Source: Hemiscyllium ocellatum (Eukaryota). From it: a stretch of DNA of 64,000 nt. This document shows positions 40,201-53,000 of this stretch, piece after piece; position 1 is the first letter of the stretch, and each line of letters begins with the position of its first letter. A program made the translations under genes and the position numbers. Where the stretch lies: the NCBI RefSeq assembly GCF_020745735.1, contig NC_083412.1, positions 64,446,320 to 64,510,319 of the forward strand. Direction: 5' to 3'. Under the pieces are notes generated by a model that worked only from the letters and a program-made list of their open reading frames with translations, was not told the DNA's origin and made no database searches.

Positions 40201-43200
40201 GTTAATTTATTTTATGCCTTGTTATTCACTTTTTTAAATAATCTCTCCAATTCTATTGTATTGTTTTATCAAAAACTGCTTATTTTCGCTAAATTAGTAA
40301 ATGAGCATTAAGCGGGTCTCCATCAAGCATTCTGAAATTTACAAGGAGGATGCAAGCAAGGGCCTTTGCGGTGCAGAAGTAATGTTCCTACCTCTGGGCC
40401 AGGTGGTCTGGATTCAAGTCCAAATGATTGGACTCCAGAGCTATGTAATATCAATTCTGTGACAGTTTGATTAAAAGAAAAGCCTACAAGGTTGTTAGGG
40501 TGTGGTCAGTCCTTTCTGGGTGAGTCAGCACCAACAGTTTCACATATTCAGGAGGAGAATCTTAAATGGTGGTAATGGGGTTTCATGGTTTTCATGGGGA
40601 GCATTGCAAATTAGTTGCAATTTCACTTTCAGTTCATGACAGTTAGACATTTCCAGTCATAAATCAAGATTTTGATGTTTTTTGATAAATTTGAAGCCAT
40701 GCATCCAGACAAACATCACAAGAAGTTATCTTTATTACCAAGCATTGAATTTGTTTTAGATTGATGCAAATACATACCGACCAAATTCAGTGCAATCATT
40801 TGGTAATTAAACTGACTTTTCATTAGAATTTTACAGTGAAGAAATCTGGGAAACTGGAAAGCAAGTACACAATCTTCCACAAGATTAAACAGTTTCTTTT
40901 CAATATCCTGCACCATCTCATCCTTTCATCAAATATTAGAGTTTCACAAATTCTGTTGTTTTCAAAAAAAACTTTTATTCAAGTTCCTGAAAAAGACTCA
41001 AAAAATTGACAAACAAGGTTTGTAACAACAATTGTTTATGCAAACTATATTAATGAATTGAGTGCCAATTGGATTTCTTTTAAGACAGTATTCTCCTGTT
41101 ACTGCTGCAATTTTCAGTATTTTCGGAGAACTGTATCTTCCCCTAGAACAACAAACACTTCAGGATTTCATGTTGGAATTTTACTTTAGCTTTAGATTTG
41201 CTGTCAATTGAATTTTTGTTGTTTTGGGAATTTTGCAACAAATTTGATTATCCAAGTCCCAACAAGAAATGATAGCAAGTAGTATAAGATGATATCAACT
41301 CATGACCTATAGTTTCTTTTTGGAACATTTGTACTGGTAAAAGGTCTGACATTAGTAACTATCTATCAGAAGTTAATACATAAAATTGTCATCAGGGTAT
41401 ATGTGAACACACTCAACTGTGGTACTGCATTAAGGTGCACTGGATATAGGGACGTCCGCAGGTTACCTGTGCTGCAGTCTTATTGTACAATAAATACACC
41501 ATGCACATGTGGGGATAGTTCAACGCAACTGAAAATGTTACAGTTACAACTGCTGAGTTGTTTCACATCTTCATTCATAATGAATTAATAAATCATGAAA
41601 TTTATTCATTGGCAACAGTATCCCTTTTTTCTTGATCATATACAGGATTCATCAACAGAATAGATGTAGAAGACCAGCAAAACTCATATCTACATATCAT
41701 TTTAGGTCAGAAAAGTAGTATTTTGCTATTGTTCCCATAATTCCTGATTAACTTAGTTTAAATATGATTAGATAAAACCATTATATTCATTCTCAGGAAT
41801 GTTTAGATTCATCATGTGGTCATGTGGAATTAGTGAATTATATATTTATCTAAACTCTTTATCTTGTCAGTCCCGCACTGAACAATATGCATGAGTGTTA
41901 ACAGTTTATGCTCATTGGCAAACCAAACCAGAAGGGTGGAACACCCTGAATAAGAATAACTAATAAGATGTTCGAAAAGGCAAAAAACAATGCCTTAGTT
42001 TGAAAATTTTAGATTTAATATACATAAACCATAGGCTGTAACCATCTTTAATGTTGGTCTGGGTGGAAATTCTGCATTCCTAATGAAAAACATTACACCA
42101 AATTGAATAACTTAATTGTGAATGATGAAGGTATAATTTAAAAATATGATTTAACTTTTGAAGGTTATTATGTAGATATTTTTTATATAAGAAAGGAATA
42201 CTGTCTATTGAAAAACTTTGTTTTTAAAAATCTTCCAATAAATAACACATCTAAAGAATACAAGCCTGCGGACGTCCAAAATTGGATAATATGTACACTT
42301 TTAAAACTATGAACAACTAGGCAGTGAAAAACAATTATGTTCTCACACACAAAGACACACCCAAAACATACAAAAATACTATATCTTAAACTACCAAGAA
42401 AGACAATTTATTTTTTTTTATCTCATGCCATGACTTAAGAGCAATACACTGAAACGAACAAGGATTTGACAAAAAAAAACCTTTATCCCAGAAATATACC
42501 AAAATATACATCTAAGCTTTGGAATTACTGAGGTTAGACTAATGCCTGCTGGGTAATTGCATTTAATACACAATTAAGGTTGCAAAGAAGAAACAAATCT
42601 TTGGTATCTGCATTAGGCGAATGTTAACATTTGTATTTCGCTTTGGGATAGAGCTTGTATGATCCTACAACCCCCATTTAGCACTCAAAAAAAATCACTG
42701 AACACAAAGAAACCCATCTTTCTCTACACAAAAAAGTACTGACTCTATCTAGTACAAGGTTGAGGAATACAATGCATAGTTGCACAGTGGTATTATGAAA
42801 AGGATATGAAATCTTTGTAAGCAAGCTACATATTTTTTAGTCTTCATTTTTCTTTCGCAAAATGAAATGGCAGCGTCCAGCCAGTTATAGTCAGTTCTGA
42901 AGAGCACCTCAGTGTGTATTAATTCAGATCACCCAGCCCAAAGGGATAAATGCCCCTCAGAAGAGCCAACCCTACCACAGGAGTCTCCAGTCCTTTAACC
43001 AATCAAATAACACATGTGCTCCACTTTTACCTGGCCCTCTATTATTTAATAGGTAGAATGAAGCAGATTTATTTTGCTTTATGCAATTCTTTTATCACTG
43101 TAAGCAATTTACACTTTTGAAATAAGATTAGTTTAGGACTGAAGACATTTAAAAAAATTAATTCATACAATCATTAGTAAGTCTTTGGTTTTATCAGCAC

Positions 43201-45512
43201 AATGAAAGGTTGCTGGCATGTAATAAAAGCACCAAGCTTGGCAGGAATGACCATCACTAACATTTACATTCGGAGAGTGAGTGTTATTCTCAGGGTACTT
43301 TTAATGATGGACACAAACCCTTACGAGATTGTCAAAACTGAACAGCCCCTCGTTATTCAACCAATATTTTGTTATGAACACTACTGTGCATTCAATCGTA
43401 TGAACCCTGAATAACTGATTGATGCAGCCAGGGAGAAGAATTAGTACAAAGTAACATTTTTGTTTTTGACTGAAAATCACTGTCAGAAATCAGACTCCTT
43501 GTTTTATTTTAAGCACATAAAATGTAAGTTTTATTTTTAAGAAATGTGGTCTTAAGCAATTAGAAATGAGCCAACATATAATAGACAGAATTTGGTAAAT
43601 TATTTCAGCATAAAGTCACTTCGCTAGTGTTCATTAGCCTATCCCAATCAGAAAAGACAAGTTTTTTTCAGTCATTAAAAACTAGGTTTGCAACTAATGA
43701 AATACACACATCCAGTAAGAATGGTGAGGTGGCTTGCCATCATGTCTAACCAGTTCTCCAATTAAGGAGCTGAGAGTCAGCCCAACAACCTGCTCAGGAC
43801 ATACTATGAAGAGCATGAATTGCTGGATAAATAAAGCACGAAAAGCACTTCGTTGCCTACATGCCATTAATCATGGTTGGCGTGACAGTAGTTCTAGAGT
43901 TTGCCTAAAAATATGGTGGGAAGAAAGAAAAATTGGAGGGAATTACCAGCTAATGAAACAGTTAAAGATGTAATGGAAAGGTTAAAGGATCGCAATACCG
44001 TAGTGCTTACTTTAACTTTAGTTGTCAATTCTGACTGCTGTTATTCTCCTGCTGTGCTTGTGCTAATACATGCCAGATTCTTTTGTTTTAAGTATACAGT
44101 TTAAGTATACAATCAGTAGCAGGTTCAGCCACTCTGAGGGGGGAGATTAAAGCGAGTTACTCAGTCATGAGTTAGAAATGAGGTATACAACAGCTCCTGT
44201 ACACAGAACAAATGGTGACAGCACCATTTAAGCAACTGAGGAAGAAAATGAAATAATCACACCATGTGAATAGACAAATGCAAACCTGAAGCATTTCCAT
44301 TTCAATCTGTAATATGCTAAAGCAAATGGGCTATCAGACATGGTATATTTTCCATCCCCCTTGTAGCTCAGTAACAAAAGCAATTGTGTAATGTGTTGCA
44401 GCATTGATGATGTCATTTAATATGATGTAATTTCAAAAACCCACCATTGCCTAGACAGGGCAATTCCTAGGATAGTTGGCGTAGTCACAGACACTTAAGT
44501 CTCTAAACTTCTATTTGAGAACAGTAAGTCAATATATTAGTGGTTGTTGGTTGGGCAATATGATATTTTTAAAAGTACTCAAATCAATTGATAAATAAAA
44601 TATAATGGAATACAATGGGTCATTTTTATTATGGGTAACAAATTTCTTTCCTCAGGAAATTCTTTTCTAATGCAGCTAAGTTGCTCTTCTACCATAATTA
44701 GAATGATTAATGTTAATTAATGCAACTTAAAAGAAAACCTATTAATTAACCAGTAATTTCTGATTCAGCCTAAGACTGTGACAAAATCTCAAATGCACCT
44801 TACAAAAGTAACTGACTGTGTGATTGTCCTATTATAGATGCGATGCTTTCACAATATATATGGGGACAGTTATATATAATATTTTAAAGGAGGTTGCTAT
44901 AAAGATTGAAGTAAAGAAACCTGTCTGGTATTCATAACAACCATGGGAATAAATCTGACAGAATTTCATTTTCTTCCTCAGAATTCCTTCATTTATTAAT
45001 TTACTATACAAACTGACTCATACTTTGTTCCAAGTGCTCTTCTTGTATAACTGGAATGGATGCATTAAGACATTTTTTTTTTAAACATCATTCTCTCAGC
45101 GTATGTAGCTCTTTACAAAACCAGCCACTAAAATGAGAATCAATTCTACCTGCAAAATCCACCAGGGCAGATTTGTTGTAAAATTTTTGTTTTTGTATTT
45201 ATAAACCTCAAGGTAACCAAACATTTATACTTTCAGAATCCTTAATTTAGTTTGTTCCTACTTTAATGATTCCAACTCTATATTTCAACAACTAATAACT
45301 GAATCACCAATTGATTTTCATGCCTTTCCTTATCATTTCAAAGCAAGGAATTTAATATCAGTGATGAAGCTGTGTGTATCTACCAATTAAAAGCTAACAA
45401 TTTTATTTTGCTTTCTTTGAGAACTTCTGGGTGAAAAAAGGATGATGAATAACAGCAGGTTTGAATTCACCACAGAGCAAAGTGAACAATTCGTTTATAT
45501 ATAAATAATCAG

Positions 45513-45737
45513 TGATTGAAGATTTGTAGCTCGGGTATCCGTTGTTGTGGTTCTGCTCGCCGAGCTGGAAGTTTTTGCTGCAAACGTTTTGTTCCCTGGC
45601 TAGGGAACATCATCAGTGCTGTTGGAGCCTCGTGTGAAGCGCTTCACACGAGGCTCCAACAGCACTGATGATGTTCCCTAGCCAGGGAACGAAACGTTTG
45701 TAGCAAAAACTTCCAGCTCGGCGAGCAGAACCACAAC
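45513..45737. mobile_element. Fold-back mini-PLE of a second family
   Basis: 99-bp arms at 45542-45640 / 45641-45739 with 2 mismatches and no loop, a 29-nt tail at 45513-45541, and TSD aaataatcag at 45503-45512 / 45738-45747. Confidence 0.9.
45661..45703 (+). ncRNA. Minimal hammerhead ribozyme motif (core intact on +, G12->A on -)
   Basis: CUGAUGA (45665-45671), extra U, 7-bp stem II gttccct-agcc-agggaac, GAAACGUU (45691-45698). Confidence 0.7.
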
Positions 45738-48700
45738 AAATAATCAGCATTATCAATTTACATGGATATTCTGACTGTCAAAAATTGAAAAGTTTGACTA
45801 ATTATAAATTGTAACCCTAAATAATTGTGGAGACAGTTTAAATAAAAGCAAATAGTGATTATACAGATCAGGTCTCATTGCACAGGAAATGCAGAAAAAA
45901 TGAAAAATTGTTTAGCCTATAGCAACAAGAAAATGGATTGATCAGAGAATTTTTGGAGCATTTGACACAAGAGTCAAGCAACTTTTATTATTCCTGTAGT
46001 GAACTATTGTTACTAGTTTAGGAGTATATCAAAGAAAGCATAATAAAGCAAAAAAAAAGGTCAGATATCACTAGCTTTTTTAAATCAGAGTCAGCTGCAA
46101 CACTTTCATCGGGCACTTCATATGAATACAGTATCAAAAGCTGGGTAACATTTTTAATACTGTACCAAGGATGACCGAAAAGCCTTGGAATACTTCAAAT
46201 TTACTTTTGAAAGATGGGGAGCAAGAGAAAAAAATAGAGATGTTATGAGCTGTCTGGAAGCTATTTCAAATGGTATAAAACCAGGAAATGCTGGAAAGAC
46301 TCAACAAGAAATATTCCAAACCTTTTGCTGATCTTCATACTACAGAATACTGTGACTTTTCTAAGTAATCCATTTTACTTGCTATTCATTATTTATTGTT
46401 TATAAGTATTACTGCAACACAAACAGGCTGAAACTGCAGCAAAATTAATTGAATATTTTAGGAGACAAAAGTCAATTACCTTGTTTGGTATGGCAAGCTA
46501 AGTGATCAAAGATCCTGACACAACAATTTTAATCTGAAGTTCTGTAATGCCCAACCTTGGTGTAACTTCAAATTTCTAATACAAAAAGCAGAGCAAACAT
46601 CATCAATGTCCAACAGTCATAGACTAGCATCAATACCAGACTACAGCTTCATGTCATGACACCAGAAAGGCATTTGTTATGCAAAGCTCAAATGTAGTTG
46701 TTCAGCAACACCATTGTAGCCTGAATTTGTAACTGCCCACAGCACTACCCAGTTTGGCTTTTATAGATATTTAACCTACACTTATGCCACAATTGGCATA
46801 AAAACTTAGTAGCTATTTACTTTTGGATTGTAGCACAATAGCAGAATTAATGATAATATTTAAGGGTGTGCAATATATAACGCATTTATTAATATTTTCA
46901 CATTGTTAGAATATAAAACTACAAATCAAAAAGAAAACAAAAAGAAAGATAAATACAGAAATTGAATAGCTTTTTTTTGAAAAGCAAACCAAACTCAAAA
47001 GGACAGCTATTTCAAACTGCAATCAGACAGTTTTCACAGCAGAATGCGCTGAATTGCATGAAACATAAAAAGGAAACTGGCAAAGGGCAGGGAAGTACAG
47101 AATTTAACTATTATTAATTCGATGAAGAAGTTGCGTAGCTAAAACATATAATGACAATAATTATTGACGAAAACGTATATATAAAAGATTAGATTGACAA
47201 AGTTGCCACTTCAACAACTTAAAATAGTCAACTATGTAGAGAACCCATCTTCATGAGATGAAAAGAACATTATTGCACACCCCCAATATTTGTTAGTACA
47301 GAACTTTACCTTAAAAAAGTCAAATCATGTTACTGATGCTTTATAGCAACTTCTGAATCCAAAAACGAAATTAATGATTACTGCTGAATCCATCGATTTG
47401 ACACAATCTATTTTGATACCTCGAGATTACTGCCAAATTCATGAAAATTCTCACTCTCTCAACTGGATACAACAATGAGAGCTAGGATAGTCAAAGTGTC
47501 AAGCCTCTGTTATTCTAAAGCACAAAGTAAATGACTGGAGACAACTGCAGCCACATATCAACTTAATTGTTCTTTGATCAGTCAAGCAGGTGCAAGGAGC
47601 AGGATATATTTTTGGTCTAGACTGAATTGTTTAGCATTGTTATCAACAACAATAATAATACAAAGTTTAAAAACTTACTCAACCATTAATGTGACAAACA
47701 CTACATTCAATTTACAACACAGATAAAACATGTTCACTTTTTCCTTTTTTTTTAAAGGAAACACCTTTTCTGTGGTGGAACCCTCTCCCATTCTAACATT
47801 GCTGAACTAACCCCTTTCTATCAAAAGGCTGGTGAAAATGAAAATATGGTACTATTTCAAAATGTAGAATACAAATCTTAACTAGCTTAAAAATAGTGAA
47901 ATGACACATGTAAAACTTAGGCCACATTTTAATTGAGTTGCAAAAGAAGGCATTTGCTTTGGCAAATAGAGTCATGACTAACTGATTTCTTTCTTTAGTT
48001 ATCAAGATCACCTTTTCAAGAAAGAAACTAAATCCATGAACATGTCCTTTTAAGTAAAAGTATCATCCAAAAATCAACATCTACATTCTAAATCTACAAT
48101 CATATCCACCAGGAATAGTTTTTGCGTTGCAAAGCAAGCCTATAATTGCTAAGCGATGCTGAGGTATTTCTTCTTAATGAAAAGATTGCAATGAATGGAC
48201 AAAGTTCACTCACTTCCTACATACATGGTGCAAGATCGGTCTCATTTATCAATGAAAATGTTTGCACAAATAATGTAAAGCCATTTTTTACTTAACAACG
48301 TTGAGGATAATTATATGTTCAGATGGGATTCCCCATCCTCAATTGTGTTCACATAAAATAGGGAAAATACATTATTTCTATTTAACTTTTAGTCTCCCTA
48401 CCACTTCAACAGGATTCACTCATTGCTGTACAGGTCTCAGAAAGGAGCTCATGACAGCTCCAAAAACCTCAAAAGAAAACACAACTGTAATCGACTTAAG
48501 TGGAATATCAGTTTCCTCCTTTCAGCCCAAGGTGTGATTCCTCAATACGGTGCCCATCCTGTCCTACCATGACAACTATATCTATGATAATAAGGGATTC
48601 ATCATCCCAGCAGCAGTGTTACATAGCTTGAAACAAAAATCACTGCTAATAGGGAAAACAGATCTAAGTTAAATGGCAAAAAGATTAGAGGGAGAGGAAG

Positions 48701-49239
48701 ATAATTTTATTTTAATGCAAGAATATGATCTCGAAGGCAATGTCTGAAAGATGCTGGAAGCAAACTGAACAGGAAAGGCCAAACAGCCTCCTTCATTGCT
48801 GAAAGGTACTATGGATTTAATGGAATATTGTAGGACAATTTCTACATGTCGTGCTGAGGGGTTAACCTCATCAAGTCAATACAGATCCTATACAATGTTT
48901 TTACCAACTAACCATTAATAAAATAAGTTATGTTTGTAGCAAAGGATTGATCTTTTTCAAAGCATTATTCAGTAGCTCTTGGTTCAAGAGTGGCTATTAA
49001 TACTTGAAGAAATAAGCTATTGCCACAAATAGGGAATTAAATCATCAACAGATCTGCACTACCAGTTCCACAGTCAATTTGCATGTTTTTTTTTGTGTTT
49101 TGAGGGAGGACAAATATGGAGTTATCAGTTGTGGAGTAGAAAATAGAGGGGAGATACAGACATTAAACAGTATACAGAAATATTACAAATCTGCATTAGA
49201 GAAGTTTTCATTTTGAATACTAGGAGTTTATAACTAAAT

Positions 49240-49750
49240 GGAGTTAGTTTCACTAGATTACTTCCAAAGATGAAAAGATTCACTAGATTAATTCTAGAAA
49301 TTAAAGACTTGGCTTATGAGGAGAGACCAAGCAGCTTTGACCTAGATTCACTAGAGTTTAGAAGAATGAGAGGAGATCTAAGATCGAAGGTAAATTAAGG
49401 TATTTAAGTTGCTAAAGGGGATTGAAAAAGATGATGCAGAATGGACGTTTCCCCTTGTGGGGCAATCTAGAATGACAGGCTACAGTCTTAGGCTAAGGGG
49501 TGACAGATTTAAAACAAAGATGAGGAGGAATTATTATGGTTGTGAATCTGTCAAAATCACAACCTCAGATAGCCTTGGATGCTGGGATGCTAAATGAATT
49601 TGAGGAGAAGATAAGATAGATTATTAATGAGTAATACATTAAAGGACCATTGGGAACAAGCATAAAGTGAATTTGAGGCCAAGATAAGACCAGCCATGAC
49701 TGTACTGAATTTTGGAGCAGGGTTGAATCACCTACTGCTGCTCCTAGTTC
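49240..49750 (+). mobile_element. Old CR1 3' fragment
   Basis: tcactagagtttagaagaatgagaggagatct and ctagaatgacaggctacagtcttagg resemble CR1 ORF2 ends. Confidence 0.6.
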
Positions 49751-49791
49751 TTGTGATAAACCATGATCTAAATTGTGTTTATAAATAAAAG

Positions 49792-50013
49792 CTGAAAATG
49801 TGTTACTGGTTAAAGCGCAGCAGGTCAGGCAGCATCCAAGGAACAGGAAATTCGACGTATCGGGCATAAGCCCTTCATCAGGAATTCCTGATGAAGGGCT
49901 TATGCCCGAAACGTCGAATTTCCTGTTCCTTGGATGCTGCCTGACCTGCTGCGCTTTAACCAGCAACACATTTTCAGCTCTAATCTCCAGCATCTGCAGA
50001 CCTCACTTTTTAC
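49792..50013 (+). mobile_element. Fold-back mini-PLE
   Basis: About 95-bp arms centred on gaattc (49884/49885) with 2 mismatches, a 35-nt tail at 49979-50013, and TSD tttataaataaaag at 49778-49791 / 50014-50027. Confidence 0.92.
49883..49920 (+). ncRNA. Minimal type I hammerhead ribozyme motif (complete on +, A14->U on -)
   Basis: Stem I aattc/gaatt, CUGAUGA at 49888-49894, stem II gggc-ttat-gccc, GAAACGUC at 49908-49915. Confidence 0.78.
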
Positions 50014-53000
50014 TTTATAAATAAAAGTGCCTGCAGGCATCGACGTTCAGTCCATGTAAGTTAATTTTGAGAACTGGATAAGGCATATCTATTTAGTGGA
50101 GCACTGTGGCTGCTTTCTGCTTTCACCTGGTTGATGATGCCTATCACCAATGTTTGTGGCAACTCTAGCACAAAAGTCCTTAGGAATTCTAACTAATCTT
50201 CTGACATATCTGGTCCTATTGCCAAAGAACCGCATTTAATGTCAGGGAACAAACATAAAATAAAATGACACTTGATTTGTCAAACAATGCAAATTGTTAT
50301 TCCACATCAAAGTTATGTTTGACCAAAGAGACATTACTGTATGGCAGAACATTAAACTAAAATAACTTCTATGAATTTATTGGCCCTTAGCTGATCAAGT
50401 GGTCAAAATGGGACATTGCTCTTATATTACAATGGGGCAATAAAACTTTCACCACAGAACTATGACCCAATCTAATGCCTAAACAAAGACATTTACATTG
50501 TATTCTTATGATGCATTGTTGATGTATGCTTAATATACATACTAATTATTTGGGTTAGACCAATTATTATTTATACATCTTGAAAAGATCGTTTAGATTA
50601 AGTCTTTGAAGATCAAAGTCAAAAGCTTGCTACTTAAAAGTCTGGGAAGAGTATATACATGCACTGAAAATATGCAAAATGTGTACACATATTGCATTCA
50701 ATAATGGATAATTAAAATTTTGAGATTTGAGTATTTATACAACATTTAAAACATGAACAGAAATAAAATGGTATATTCTAACAATGTGGAAAATGGATAC
50801 ATGGACAACTTACTTCCAGTTTATTTTGTGTATCCTCAATGAAAATACACAATTGCATCAGAGGACCAGTTTAAGACTTCATTTAAGAAATGTATCGAAA
50901 TTCACAACAGTCTTTCTGTTCACAACCCCCAACTGTTTGAGGAGGAGCAATATTTGAACAAATGTCTCAAAGGCAACAGGGTCATTTGAATTTGATCATG
51001 TAAATGTCTCAGTTACAGAATATTTCTAGCATCTGTTCATGGATTTCACATAATTAGGTTTGAAATTTAATCCATTAGCATTGGAGGCTTTTAAAACAAA
51101 AAGAGCTTCTGTTGCAAGAAATTTGGCAAATAAATTAGTAAGATTAAGTGAATATTTTAGAATATACTTAAAAACAGATAATCAGCTTAGAAACAGGAGT
51201 AAAATATTCATCCATGAAGTGTCAATTGATTAATTACTAGTAAGAGCACTTCCAGAATTCAATATTTTTAAAATGGATAGTTTAGCATTTATCATGGAGT
51301 ATGTCCCACCTTAATGAGTGATTTGCTTTTACCAATTTTATCTGATCGGAAAAAAAGTAGTCCACTTTGACTCAAATGGATTGATGGATTAAGTCAGTAT
51401 GTGTCTGACTTTATGGAAAGTTGGCAAAAAGGGACAATGGCAGAAATAGCTTTGAGAGCATGAATTGTAACCATTGCAACCATAAGAGCTCTGAATTGTT
51501 TGCTGCTAACTAAAATTACTAAATTTTAATTATTAAAACTATTCCTTATATTGACCTATGTATCATTCAATTCCAAAAACCTAAGAACACAACCAATTTT
51601 TATTGAAAAACCTCAATGTCACATAAGCCACTGGCGTTTGCAGAGTTGGTGCAAATGATACTGCCCAGCTCTAACAAGGGCAAAACACAATCCTGAAAGA
51701 AAATCCTGGTTTGATTGCTTCAAACTACAACATCTCACAAATAAAAGCAGGATTCTCTCTGCAACAGACAAATGCAATGATACACTGACTACCTTTGTAG
51801 CAAAACATTAATTCATTAAGGAATATAAAATTAAAAGCTTTACCACAACTTATTTTGTTTCCTTTTCAGATATACAACAAAAAATTAGAAGTAGCTCAGT
51901 TAGGTTTAAAATTTAAATATTAACTGTGGTCTGGGGTCAGCTAGAAAGCATTATCTTAAAGTTTCTATGGAAGCATGCCTTCAACTTCTGTTTCACTACC
52001 ACCAATGACCAGCATTCAGTTCTGTCTTGTATTTAAAACTGAAACAGTCATCTCAGCTTTATGCTTATTTTTCTTCTTGTTGCTTTTTAAAACATTTGCT
52101 ATTTATGGAGCAAGTGGAAAAATCAGGAACAAAAAAAATGTTCACAGAAAGCCTTCTGCTATTCGATGAACTAGTTTTATCTATTAATCACATGTTTAAC
52201 ATGAAAGGGCATGCAATAAAAGCTACAAAATACATGAGGCTGACACCAACATGGGTTGAATATCATAACTCACCTGTCCAAATTACTTTCTATGTGGTAA
52301 ATATGTAATTCCTTAAATGAAAAGCTAGCTCAATAATTGATGTCCAATACTTGAGCCATGCTACCAAGCAAGTATATTAGTAAGCAAAGGTCATCTCTAG
52401 AAAAGCACTTCACCTATATTAGACACTCAGCATTGTGGGAATATCTTTTTACTGCTCCTCACATGGCGATGCAATTTATTATTGCCACCAATGTGACTGT
52501 AGACAACTGGTCTTTATTGCATAGTTTGTACTTCTGGTGCAACATTAATTCTTCCCATACACAAGTACTATGCACATTTTTGTACTTTAGGTGTCATTGC
52601 AAAGTAAAGCAATGATAGAAAACAGTAATGAGGGCAAAAGTGTCATAAATATAATTTGGGTGGGTGCTGAAATTACAGAATAGCCTGGTTAAATACCTGC
52701 CTTGGAGGACTAAAAGTTTTTGGTTTACATTTGTGCATGGGGTCTAAACATTTTCCACTGGTCCAAAGCCCAGAATCTACTATTCGAAAAGTAACAACAT
52801 TCCTCTAAAATTTGTTTGAATATCCAGTGAAAATAGTACAAGAGTACATAAACTAGAAGGATACAAGTACTGCAGCAGTACAATCTGTCACAGGATCTGT
52901 TTTGTACATTTAGACAGTAAGGGTTTGTACAACTTGAAATATTATTTTTAACTTTCTTAATATCACTAACACCAGTCTACATTTAGCCATCCAGTAAATT

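Noticed and set aside
40560-41300. Possible L1-like remnants (also about 13860-14500 and 60600-61100)
   Set aside because: They are too decayed to assign a family or boundaries by eye.
49565-50024. Mirror ORFs on both strands sharing LLVKAQQVRQHPRNRKFDVSG
   Set aside because: They are a by-product of the palindromic mini-PLE, not proteins.
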